From an uncultured Poribacteria bacterium (GTDB lineage Bacteria; Poribacteria; WGA-4E; WGA-3G): a DNA stretch of 64,000 bases. Where the stretch lies: NCBI GenBank assembly GCA_951813565.1, contig OX638351.1:544001-608000 (forward strand). Reading direction: 5' to 3'. The translations under genes were made by a program, and so were the position numbers. Within the stretch, counting starts at the first letter, position 1, and every line of letters begins with the position of its first letter. A model generated the notes under the pieces. That model saw nothing but the letters and a program-made list of their open reading frames with translations, was not told the origin of the DNA and searched no databases. Shown piece by piece: positions 40,838 to 52,240 of this stretch.

Positions 40838-41815
40838 TTAGAATGGAAGCGGAATGCCAACTCGTTCAGCAACTGCTTTTAGCTGTTCCTGATGTGCTTC
40901 GCCAATCGGGATGCCGATTTCAGCCCATTCTCGTTCGCGCTCCCATTCTAAGCCTCCGGGGAGATCCGATCGGTCATAACCCGGTGCCGGTTGCATCTGT
41001 CGTGCATCATGGATATGTTGGTCAATTTCCGCTTTATACTCGTCAATCGGTCGGAACCGAGAAATGTCAATTGCTGCAATGAAAGCGCCTTGATTGGCGC
41101 CTTCCCAGATTGATGGGGGATCCGGTGGTTTATCAAATAGCCAGATGCCTGCCATAAACCCACCGAGTGCATGACTCACATGACTCAATCCTAACATCTT
41201 GAAGAACGCAGCGGGGCTCTGTTCAAACGCCTGTTCCAACGGCAGCCTTGCATCAATACCGGTTGCCATATCAACAACTATGGGCGGCTGGTTGCCTGCC
41301 GGAATCGCAAAACTCATCGGCGAAGCGCCAGTTGCGGTGGCAATCATACCGCCAGGACTGTGTCTAAAACGGTGGCAAGAGACCGCAAACCCAGCGCAAT
41401 CCACTTCAAGCGCGAGCCGTGAATACTTGCCAGCGCTCCCAAAATGGAAGTGATTCCGACTCGTTGCGGCACCCAGTCCCATCTCTTTGGCTTTTTTGAC
41501 CGCTGCCTTTGCAGCATGATACGAGGCAAAATGCCCCATACCGCCATCACCGTCGTAGACCGCGGTTGTCGGGGATTCATCAATGCAGCGGATGTTTGGA
41601 CATGGGTTTACTTTGCCATCAAGCATCATCCCCACATATCCCGGCGTTTGGCGCGTGCCATGACTGAACACGCCACGCAGATCAGTGAGAACTAACAGGT
41701 GTGCGATGTGCGCAGCATCCTCCTCAGATACCCCTGCCTTCTGGAAAACTTCACTGATGAAGCCTTGCATTGTCCCTGGCATAACGCGTATAAATTCTTT
41801 TGGTACTACATTCAT
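40838..41815 (-). CDS. Ldh_2 (malate/L-lactate/L-sulfolactate dehydrogenase type 2) family oxidoreductase
   Basis: DLRGVFSHG, DGDGGMGH, HFHFGSAGKY, VDMAT, LPGGLE; ATGA overlap with the upstream gene. Confidence 0.88.
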   Translation of the reverse strand: MNVVPKEFIRVMPGTMQGFISEVFQKAGVSEEDAAHIAHLLVLTDLRGVFSHGTRQTPGYVGMMLDGKVNPCPNIRCIDESPTTAVYDGDGGMGHFASYHAAKAAVKKAKEMGLGAATSRNHFHFGSAGKYSRLALEVDCAGFAVSCHRFRHSPGGMIATATGASPMSFAIPAGNQPPIVVDMATGIDARLPLEQAFEQSPAAFFKMLGLSHVSHALGGFMAGIWLFDKPPDPPSIWEGANQGAFIAAIDISRFRPIDEYKAEIDQHIHDARQMQPAPGYDRSDLPGGLEWEREREWAEIGIPIGEAHQEQLKAVAERVGIPLPF

Positions 41816-42450
41816 ATTTTTAGTTCTGCCCATGTTGTAGTTAATTTGCTTGAAGGTTCAACTGCGTGCGGTTCAGCACCTTCAATGTCGCTTACATACT
41901 CACCCTCATAGAGTCGGATATGATCAATCCAGACATCCACTTTTTCTATACCCATGATGATACCTGCGCGCGAATTCACGTCATCCACAGGCATTTTAAA
42001 GGTGATGAAGAATTCTTTCCAGGTTTCGGACAGACTAATTGATTTTGCAGAGTATACATTCCACGGAGCACCTTGATGCATAATGCGCATAGTGACGTTT
42101 CTCGGTTTTTCACTTTTTGCCCACAGACTGTAAGTATAGGTAATATCTTCCTCAAGCGTGAAGGGTTGCTGATAGAGTTGTATGTGTCCTAATGCATTGC
42201 CAGCTTTATTGATTCTGATATAGGCAACATTTTTCCCGACAATCGGTTCTGCTTTATTACCTTCTGTTTGGAAGACTGCGGCAGCACTTTCGTGCGTCCA
42301 GTGATGCCATCCGTCAAGTTTTAGGTCGAAATCACCGTTTTTGAGGATGTTATCGGGGAGTTTTTGGGTGTACGCAAGTGTTGTAAATCCAAGCAGCCAA
42401 GCCAATACAAGGAAATAACTATAAATCGAAACGCTTTTAATTGTGTTCAT
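41812..42450 (-). CDS. Secreted CBM4/9-like carbohydrate-binding protein with conserved C-terminal motif
   Basis: Start 42450; NILKNGDF, IQLYQ, YTYSLWAKS, VWIDHIRLYE; ends AVEPSSKLTTTWAELKI. Confidence 0.78.
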   Translation of the reverse strand: MNTIKSVSIYSYFLVLAWLLGFTTLAYTQKLPDNILKNGDFDLKLDGWHHWTHESAAAVFQTEGNKAEPIVGKNVAYIRINKAGNALGHIQLYQQPFTLEEDITYTYSLWAKSEKPRNVTMRIMHQGAPWNVYSAKSISLSETWKEFFITFKMPVDDVNSRAGIIMGIEKVDVWIDHIRLYEGEYVSDIEGAEPHAVEPSSKLTTTWAELKI

Positions 42451-42940
42451 CTTCACTTTTCCGCTCATGCTCTTTCTTACCTTCCTGGTCATGCTCACCT
42501 TCATGTTCTGAGTCATGTTCACCATGTTCTTCCCCATGACTATGTTCATCCTCGTCGACTTCGGGATGTGCTGTCCATCCGTCAAAGTCCGTGCTTGTTG
42601 CGATGAGTTGAACATCCTTTTTTTCACCGGATGCAAGATCAACCGAAAGTGTTGGACCAAGTTCTTTCGCGTTGGACAAGTGGACTTCAACCCTTACCTG
42701 TTTCAAGGTTTCGTCGGTGGTGTTTTCTATAGTGCCTTTAAAGGTATTGTTTTCTTGGTTGTAATTCATGATGAGTCGTACGCCATTTCTGACCTTATCG
42801 TAAGTTTCGTTCAGTGCAAGTTCAGTGCCTGATTCCTCTTTTTCGTTGTCAGTTGCCTGTTTTGCTGTCCTTGAACAACCGATAATAACAATTATCAACA
42901 AGACAACGATTGCTGCAAAAATACTATATATGTAATTCAT
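42437..42940 (-). CDS. Lipoprotein (FxLYD-like Ig fold) with His/Glu-rich tail
   Basis: Lipobox IIGC; GTIENTT..VRVEVHL..ELGPT; EHSHGEEHGEHDSEHEGEH. Confidence 0.72.
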   Translation of the reverse strand: MNYIYSIFAAIVVLLIIVIIGCSRTAKQATDNEKEESGTELALNETYDKVRNGVRLIMNYNQENNTFKGTIENTTDETLKQVRVEVHLSNAKELGPTLSVDLASGEKKDVQLIATSTDFDGWTAHPEVDEDEHSHGEEHGEHDSEHEGEHDQEGKKEHERKSEDEHN

Positions 42941-42981
42941 GGATGCGTTTCTCCTCAAAGAGAAGTATGTTCAATGTGAAA

Positions 42982-43010
42982 ATTGTAGCACAAAAGAGAC
43001 AGAACGTCAA
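42982..43010 (-). promoter_or_regulatory. sigma70 promoter
   Basis: Minus strand TTGACG-N17-TACAAT with extended TG. Confidence 0.6.
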
Positions 43011-43041
43011 GAGAAAAGGGCAGACATTATGCCTGCCCTTT
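43011..43041 (-). terminator. Rho-independent terminator
   Basis: Minus strand aaagggcaggcat-a-atgtctgcccttttctc. Confidence 0.7.
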
Positions 43042-43044
43042 AAG

Positions 43045-43152
43045 ATAGGATGCCGACAGCGCCCTGTTTTACTATGAGGTTCCCTCCGAGACCGTGACTA
43101 ATGCTTGCTACCTCCGACTTCGGGTTGAACTGTCCACCTGCTTAAAGTTTTT
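43045..43152 (-). ncRNA. Candidate structured ncRNA (possibly the 3' part of a 6S RNA)
   Basis: GC-richer non-coding segment folding as a long irregular hairpin, followed by a terminator; 5' side abuts an IS end. Confidence 0.35.
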
Positions 43153-43468
43153 GGCTCTTGTAAAGAATGAGTGCTTTTTTCTTTATTTGTGCTATAGTAT
43201 AGTATATGGATTTTCCAATACTTTCTTTAATTGATGATGAAAGCGCGGAGGAATGGTTGCTAAACCATTTCCATCCCCAGGGTTTACACTGTCCACATTG
43301 CGATGTGAGCGTGGAGGAGGCACGCTATTTTAGAACAACAAAAACAAGTCGCCTAAAGGTTTACCGCTCGGGATATATCGCTATCTGTGAATTTGTTATT
43401 AATCTCAAATCTATTACTACTGAGTTTATATCAAAACTCGTCCAACGCACTCACTCATAACATGAGCC
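43153..43468 (+). mobile_element. Internally deleted IS1595-family element
   Basis: Ends ggctcttgt / acatgagcc; ORF 43206..43460 fuses the N-terminal Zn ribbon (HPQGLHCPHC) to a C-terminal YIAICEFVIN tail. Confidence 0.7.
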
Positions 43469-43478
43469 AATATACTTT

Positions 43479-44237
43479 TCATTCAGAACCTCCTATGTGG
43501 TAAGTTACTCTGAATGGGACCTCTACTCCTGATTCAAGTATCAGTTGTTTAGATTCCCTGAGGTGTTCAAGACGGTTCGCCACTACCTCAATATTTCCAG
43601 GGTGGATATCAATTCTATACATGAGTCTCAAAAGTGCCTCTGCCTCGGCAATTGTATCGTCAATTGTTAAGGTGCCATTATTACTGCGTCTGACATTTTC
43701 AACGAGAATATCCACGTCAGAATAATCACCGTATTGTTCTCGGAAGGCATCGTCAAGGCGTTGGTAAGCATATTTGGGATTACTAGCGAGATATAGGTTA
43801 TAATCCTCATATCCAGCTTTTACTACATCCATGTCGTAGGGCAGACTTTGATGTTCTTCCTGAACAATCGTCTCATCGGTCTCTATTCCTACCTCTAAAT
43901 CCTCCAAACTATTCTCTATATCTTCAGTAAAAGCCTCCAAAAACAAGGTAAATATATCAATGTCATCGCCAGGTTCAGATTGAAACTCCTTAACAAAGGA
44001 ATCGAAATCTTTACTTTTTATAGTAGTAATTGGGTCTGTAGGTTGAACGACTTCCGGTGAGGTCGTTTCTAACTGATCTGAAACCTTGGGAGTTGGGTTT
44101 AATGTAGAAGATTCTATTAGCCGTTCTTTAAAGCGTATCATGTCCCATTGCATATAAATAAAAAAAACAATGGAACAAGCGACTATCAAAATAGATGCTA
44201 CCAGAAATAGTTTGATTTTATATGATTTCATAAGCAT
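43479..44237 (-). CDS. Hypothetical membrane-anchored acidic protein
   Basis: 252 aa, N-terminal TM, RBS upstream. Confidence 0.7.
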   Translation of the reverse strand: MLMKSYKIKLFLVASILIVACSIVFFIYMQWDMIRFKERLIESSTLNPTPKVSDQLETTSPEVVQPTDPITTIKSKDFDSFVKEFQSEPGDDIDIFTLFLEAFTEDIENSLEDLEVGIETDETIVQEEHQSLPYDMDVVKAGYEDYNLYLASNPKYAYQRLDDAFREQYGDYSDVDILVENVRRSNNGTLTIDDTIAEAEALLRLMYRIDIHPGNIEVVANRLEHLRESKQLILESGVEVPFRVTYHIGGSE

Positions 44238-44261
44238 TTTTCTACTCCTTACTTACCTTCG

Positions 44262-45074
44262 TTATTTTAGTAACTCTTTAATGGAAATGGGGGTCGTATG
44301 CTGGTCTCCGTACTTTTGGATTGCTTGGTTGATTTTTTCAAGGGAATCTTCCAGGCTTTTTATCTGATCCGCTTCCATTTCGGGAGCCGTATCTTTCAGA
44401 ATCTGCAGTTGTACTTCAAGGAACTCTCTGATATCTGAAAAAGGGAGAGATTCTGCAGCAAAGAGTTTAGACACAAGAGATACCCATTTTTCAAAGAGAG
44501 GATGCTCATTGTAGCCCCTCTTAGTCCCCAGTTTGACAAATTCGGCACGAGCGGCTTCTGGATCGGTGCGGATAAGTTCCTTGAAAACTTCTAATCGATC
44601 AGTATCGTTATTTGCTGTTAGTGCAGGTTCTTCGGTTTGTGTTCTATGCAGGTGAACCTCAGAGGGCATGGTTTTGAATTGTGTGAGTGCTGCCTTGTGG
44701 TGTTGTATTTGTTTCGCATACTTTTCTGCATCAATAGCGGTTAACATCCGGATTTCTAAGTCAGACAAACGCTTGATGTCAGAGAGATGTTGGGTGCCAT
44801 CTCGACTGAGGCGAAAGTAAAGGGGTACCCATTCTTTGGAGAGGATATGCTTGCCGAACAGTTTATTTGCAACGTTCTCAAGTTCTATGCCGGCAGCTTC
44901 TGGATCGCTACGTAAGAGATTTTGAAACGTTTTGAGGTGTTCCACCCAAAGCATTTCACTCACTAAATGGACATGTAAAACAGCGTTTTCTTTCGGGGGA
45001 CTTGGTTCGCTACAAGAAAGACATCCAAAACCACAAAAAGTCAAACACAACAAGAAGAACATTAACAACCGCAT
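44262..45074 (-). CDS. Hypothetical lipoprotein with two internal helical repeats
   Basis: Start 45074 after AAGGAGA; repeats F..L.RSDPEAA..W / F..L.RTDPEAA..W. Confidence 0.72.
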   Translation of the reverse strand: MRLLMFFLLCLTFCGFGCLSCSEPSPPKENAVLHVHLVSEMLWVEHLKTFQNLLRSDPEAAGIELENVANKLFGKHILSKEWVPLYFRLSRDGTQHLSDIKRLSDLEIRMLTAIDAEKYAKQIQHHKAALTQFKTMPSEVHLHRTQTEEPALTANNDTDRLEVFKELIRTDPEAARAEFVKLGTKRGYNEHPLFEKWVSLVSKLFAAESLPFSDIREFLEVQLQILKDTAPEMEADQIKSLEDSLEKINQAIQKYGDQHTTPISIKELLK

Positions 45075-45284
45075 CAGACTCTCCTTAGTAAAAAGGGTGA
45101 GGAACAGATACATGTATGTTATGGCCTCACCCAATTAAAATTGTTTTTCAACCGCCCCGATTAACTACATGTGAATGAGTGGGGAAGCGGATTCCAATGA
45201 AGTATAAGCTCAAACTCCATACAGATATAAAACTCAATCTCAATCTCATCACCAATTGGAATTGAGAATACGGGTACCCATTCG

Positions 45285-45554
45285 TTACAGCACCAATGCT
45301 GCCAGATCAACTGATACTGTTTTCCATAGTCCATCAGCATAGTCAGGATTATTGGTATGAAATGTTATGTCTTTGGGAGTGGGAATTTGTTCACTATCAA
45401 GCAGCAGACCTTCAAGATAACATTCAATTGCTTCTACGGCTTGCATCATGGCATCCTCAACCGTATCTCCGGCAGAGAAACATCCGGGTAAATCCGGAAC
45501 GGAAACTCCGTAACAACTCTCCGGATCTTTGTGGATAACAATAGGATAATGCAG
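45285..45554 (-). pseudogene. hicB: HicB-family antitoxin (N-terminal domain only; CTG start or lost ATG), absent from the ORF track
   Basis: Manual translation: LHYPIVIHKDPESCYGVSVPDLPGCFSAGDTVEDAMMQAVEAIECYLEGLLLDSEQIPTPK...DYADGLWKTVSVDL. Confidence 0.8.
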
Positions 45555-45798
45555 GCCTCCGATGAATCCGTCCGATCATTGAAATAGACGTATATAATAC
45601 CTACATTCCGCACTTCGAATTTCCGATTTTCGATATTTATTTCTCAAACCTGCGTGGCACCTACATCGAGCAAGCAATTTCAGGTGAATTAGAGAAAAAG
45701 AAAAGTGACAAGTGGAATCTTAATTCACGGCACCAAATCTCTATTATCCGGTACGGATCCTTTCTTGACACGGGTTTGTCCTATAAATTTAAATTCTG

Positions 45799-46737
45799 TT
45801 AAAACAAGAACAAAGTGGAGGGTATAATGTCTAATGCGGCTAATTCTCTAGATAATGTTCCCTTCCAACCACCAGCTTTATCGAAAGGCACATAAACTAT
45901 GCCTTGAATATCTGATGGTAGTTCAACGCCTTCTTCGTGGAGAACACAAACACGTTCGCGACCCAAACCATGCAAAAAATAACCGAGTTCCAAGATGACG
46001 TTTTGTCGTGCGCGCGACTTTAGGTCGTCTTCATTATTTTTTGGTGCGCCAACATCATCGGCTGTGAGCAAAACGATTGCAAAAGCCGCTTCGTCAGCAT
46101 GTTCTTCAAACTTATCAATGATTGTTTGTCCTTTGCTTGGCTGCTCGTCAAGTATCGTTGCTGTCAATTTTAGGTTCTCAATGAACCTTGCGACCTTGTG
46201 TTTAGCTTCTCCATCATGTCCGTGTACGATAAAAATATTATAATCGGATATGCGCTCAGATATTGATTCATTATCGCACTGATCACTTTGAAGTGCTTTG
46301 GAAAAAGTTGCCAAAAACCCTCTAAATGCTCCAGCAGCGTCACCATCACTAGCCTGCAAATCGGCTATATAGTCTTCTAGGCATTCCTTCGGAATATTTT
46401 CAGCTCGGAACAAAGCCTTAAGTTCTTGCACTGCTCTCTCTTCTATGCCTTTGTTCCCTTGAGCTAAGAGAAAAATTGCAAAGGACAATGTGCCAATTCG
46501 GTAATAATTCCTCCGTGATTCTCCATCAGATCCTTCAAACCATTCGCTGGGGGGACCAACCACCCCTCCACCAACAATTCGTTCAGTTATTAATTCGTTG
46601 TAATCAGGAATTTTCAATTCAACTCGCGAAGCAACTTTACAAACGATTTTGTGTTCATCTTCATCTGGTTTTGCTGAGAATCGAGCAAAAGCAATCCCCA
46701 ACTCGAAATAGTTTCTTTTATCCTCAGATGAATACAT
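45799..46737 (-). CDS. TIR-like nucleotide-binding domain protein (CAP12/Pycsar-effector-type TIR) with unknown N-terminal domain
   Basis: IFIVHGHD, TIIDKFE, FAIVLLTADD, RARQNVILELGYF, ELPSDIQG. Confidence 0.88.
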   Translation of the reverse strand: MYSSEDKRNYFELGIAFARFSAKPDEDEHKIVCKVASRVELKIPDYNELITERIVGGGVVGPPSEWFEGSDGESRRNYYRIGTLSFAIFLLAQGNKGIEERAVQELKALFRAENIPKECLEDYIADLQASDGDAAGAFRGFLATFSKALQSDQCDNESISERISDYNIFIVHGHDGEAKHKVARFIENLKLTATILDEQPSKGQTIIDKFEEHADEAAFAIVLLTADDVGAPKNNEDDLKSRARQNVILELGYFLHGLGRERVCVLHEEGVELPSDIQGIVYVPFDKAGGWKGTLSRELAALDIIPSTLFLF

Positions 46738-46803
46738 AACAGATCGCCTCCTTAAGATTTAATAGCAATCAGGGCAGGTGATGAACCTGCCCTTGTATAG
46801 GAT

Positions 46804-46921
46804 TTCCGGCGACGACCTACTTTCCCGCGGGGTTGCCCCCGGAGTATCATCAGCGCTGAAGGGCTTAACTGCCGTGTTCGGAATGGGAACGGGTGTATCC
46901 CCTTCGCTATTGCCACCGGAA
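46804..46921 (-). rRNA. rrf: 5S ribosomal RNA
   Basis: Minus strand ..GATACACCCGTTCCCATTCCGAACACGGCAGTTAAG..GAAAGTAGGTCGTCGCCGGA. Confidence 0.96.
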
Positions 46922-46981
46922 AGGTGTCCAAAAATATTTGACAACTGTATAGGTATTGAGGAGTCGGTAGAGAAAAATAAA

Positions 46982-49980
<2,999 letters not shown>

Positions 49981-50073
49981 GGTGATATTTTTATTCTACC
50001 GATTTACCCTCTCTATACAGTTGTCAAAGAACGCCGCCTATTTTTCAAAAGTGAAACCACTTCTGTTAGGCGA

Positions 50074-50146
50074 TGGAGATGAGCGGAGTTGAACCGCTGA
50101 CCTTCTGGTTGCAAACCAGATGCTCTCCCAACTGAGCTACACCCCC
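50074..50146 (-). tRNA. tRNA-Ala(TGC)
   Basis: GGGGGTGTAGCTCAGTTGGGAGAGCATCTGGTTTGCAACCAGAAGGTCAGCGGTTCAACTCCGCTCATCTCCA; G3:U70; CCA not encoded. Confidence 0.97.
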
Positions 50147-50163
50147 TCGCGCATGTGGTATAA

Positions 50164-50325
50164 AGTATACCACGAAATCTGACATAAGTCAAACTCTTTT
50201 AAATGGTATAGTAGTATACCACAGAATTCTGATTTAAGTCAAATTTATTTTCAAAGAACAGGATTTAATAAACTTCTAATCCCTAAGCAGATTTTAAGTA
50301 TACCACAAAACGTAGTATATGTCAA
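50164..50325 (-). promoter_or_regulatory. Three tandem sigma70 promoters for tRNA-Ala-23S-5S
   Basis: TTGAC(T/A)-N17/18-TATACT, each with GTGG before the -10, at 50164-50192, 50213-50242 and 50297-50325. Confidence 0.8.
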
Positions 50326-50420
50326 ATAAATTTTACAAAAAATACTATAAAAACACAAAAAGGCGATTTTTAAGCAAGTTTTATATAAATGAATGAAACT
50401 GAGTTGTTTTTACATGGAAA

Positions 50421-50747
50421 TCATGTTTTTAACCTACTTCCATTCATACCTTGTGACATAGGTTGCCGCTCCATTATCCTTTTTTGATATTCGATAATCA
50501 TGTTGACAGTAATGCGATATACCCATGTTTCTAAAGATATTTGGAAGCGAAATTGATGTAATGCGTTAAGCACTTTCTCCTCTATTTGATTCGCCAATAC
50601 TTCTACATCTTCATCAGAACCCTGAATTCCTCTCTTTTTGATAGCAGGAAGTGCCACCGATTTTATCCGTTCTATTAACATTTCCTTCGCATCGGAATCA
50701 CCTTCTATCGAGGCTTTTATCAATTTTTCATCTGAAATATTTGTCAT
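50421..50747 (-). CDS. ECF sigma factor region-2-only protein
   Basis: SDEKLI...GDSDA..L, LHQFR...LETWVYRITVN; no region 4; strong RBS AAAGGAGG. Confidence 0.7.
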   Translation of the reverse strand: MTNISDEKLIKASIEGDSDAKEMLIERIKSVALPAIKKRGIQGSDEDVEVLANQIEEKVLNALHQFRFQISLETWVYRITVNMIIEYQKRIMERQPMSQGMNGSRLKT

Positions 50748-50785
50748 GTTTAAAATCCTCCTTTCAAAAGTTTAGTATAAATTTA

Positions 50786-52193
50786 CGCAATAAGTAGTTT
50801 TGGACTTGCAAAAAGCCCTTAAGCGTTATGGAAATTTATACTTAATAGGGTATGAGAATTCGGAAAAGCACTAAACGGCGAAGACTAATTTCTAACTCTA
50901 ATCTGCGAGAACTTCTGCCCCTCCAACTCACATCGGTATAAAAGTTGAGCGCGCTTGATAGATACTTTGCAACGGCAGACAATTCTTCTAATCGTTTTGC
51001 CATTGTGATATTAGTGTGGTCCAGCTTGTCAAGACCTTATTCTTTAAGTTCTTCTGCCATCGTTGAGTGAGTCTTCATCTCATACTCTCATTGACAAACT
51101 TATCAAAAATGCTCTCAATGCTCCTATAGTTGTATTTATAGCACGCCTCTGCGACATATAGGGGCGTGTATTCAGTCCAATAGTGGTGATGACTTCCATA
51201 CCAAGCACGTTTGAGAAGTGACCAGAAGCCTTCAATCGTATTGGTATGGACATTACCGTCAACAAATTGTTCTTGATGATCAATGATATGGTGCTTCATC
51301 TCTTTACCGAGTGTGAGATAAGCCTTATACTCATCAGTCATCAACTGCGATTTATCTACTTTAACAACTTCGCGAATAAAATTTAAGATAGTCCGTCCCG
51401 TCAAATCTTTTGCGAGTCTTGCCACAACTTTCCCACCGCGTTCAATCGCTCCGATGATAGCATCTTTATCAGTGCCACGCCCACGCTTAGCAGGATCCCT
51501 GTCCTCTTTTTTGTTCGCTTTGCGAGGTTTACCCCCGACATAAGTTTCGTCAGCCTCTATGATACCTTGTAAGAGGATATTATCTTTAGCCATTTCAGCA
51601 CGGATACATGTTCCCATACGCCACGCAGTCTTTTGATCCAAGTCCAAATCTCTTGCCAACTGATGACTTGAAAGGCTCTTTTTAGCATTCATCATCAACG
51701 AGATAGCCAAAAACCACTTCTGAAGTGCTATCTTTGTCCCGTGAAACACCGTGCCACAAGTAACCTTGAAAGTAGCAGTGCAATCGTGGCATTGCAAGCG
51801 TCCGATGCGTCCCAATTCCGTTTCTGTTCGTCTTGCAGCGTTTGGGCAATCACAATGTGGACACTTCGGTTTACCCTTCCACCGAATACTCTCTAAATGT
51901 TCAATACAACTCTCTTGATCAGGGAATCGTTCCATCACTTTCAACAAATCCATCAGAAAACTCCTTTTTAGGAGTTGCTTTTTCTGACAGGTTTCTGATA
52001 CAATAACTAGATAAGACAGAATGCCAGAAAAGCAACTCGCTTTTTTGTGTTCAATTAGGGGGTTAACAGCCCTCTAATTTCTTATCTAAATTGTATCATA
52101 TTTTCACAATTAAAACAAGCGAAAAATGTAGTCTACACAAGGATTTAGAGCGATTTTTAAAATTTTGTTGCAAGTCCAAAACTACTTATTGCG
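50786..52193 (-). mobile_element. IS1595-family insertion sequence
   Basis: Perfect 26-bp TIR cgcaataagtagttttggacttgcaa; no clear TSD. Confidence 0.9.
51075..51953 (-). CDS. IS1595-family transposase
   Basis: RW..PKCPHC Zn ribbon, IEADETYVGG, LMTDE, HTNTIEGFWSLLKR. Confidence 0.95.
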   Translation of the reverse strand: MDLLKVMERFPDQESCIEHLESIRWKGKPKCPHCDCPNAARRTETELGRIGRLQCHDCTATFKVTCGTVFHGTKIALQKWFLAISLMMNAKKSLSSHQLARDLDLDQKTAWRMGTCIRAEMAKDNILLQGIIEADETYVGGKPRKANKKEDRDPAKRGRGTDKDAIIGAIERGGKVVARLAKDLTGRTILNFIREVVKVDKSQLMTDEYKAYLTLGKEMKHHIIDHQEQFVDGNVHTNTIEGFWSLLKRAWYGSHHHYWTEYTPLYVAEACYKYNYRSIESIFDKFVNESMR

Positions 52194-52240
52194 ATTTTTT
52201 ATATTATCATTCAAATTAAGGCATAGAAGGGGTTGATGGA

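Noticed and set aside
42451..42690. Met-rich N-terminal extension of the CBM ORF
   Set aside because: Alternative frame of the upstream His-rich gene; the signal peptide starts at 42450
43045..43152. SRP RNA, tmRNA or known riboswitch
   Set aside because: Lacks the SRP TCAGG..GGAA..AGCAG core, tRNA-like ends and recognisable aptamer consensus
50164..50325. Possible CRISPR-like repeats (agtataccac...gtcaa x3)
   Set aside because: Irregular spacing, variable middles, perfect fit to -35/-10 promoters, no cas genes
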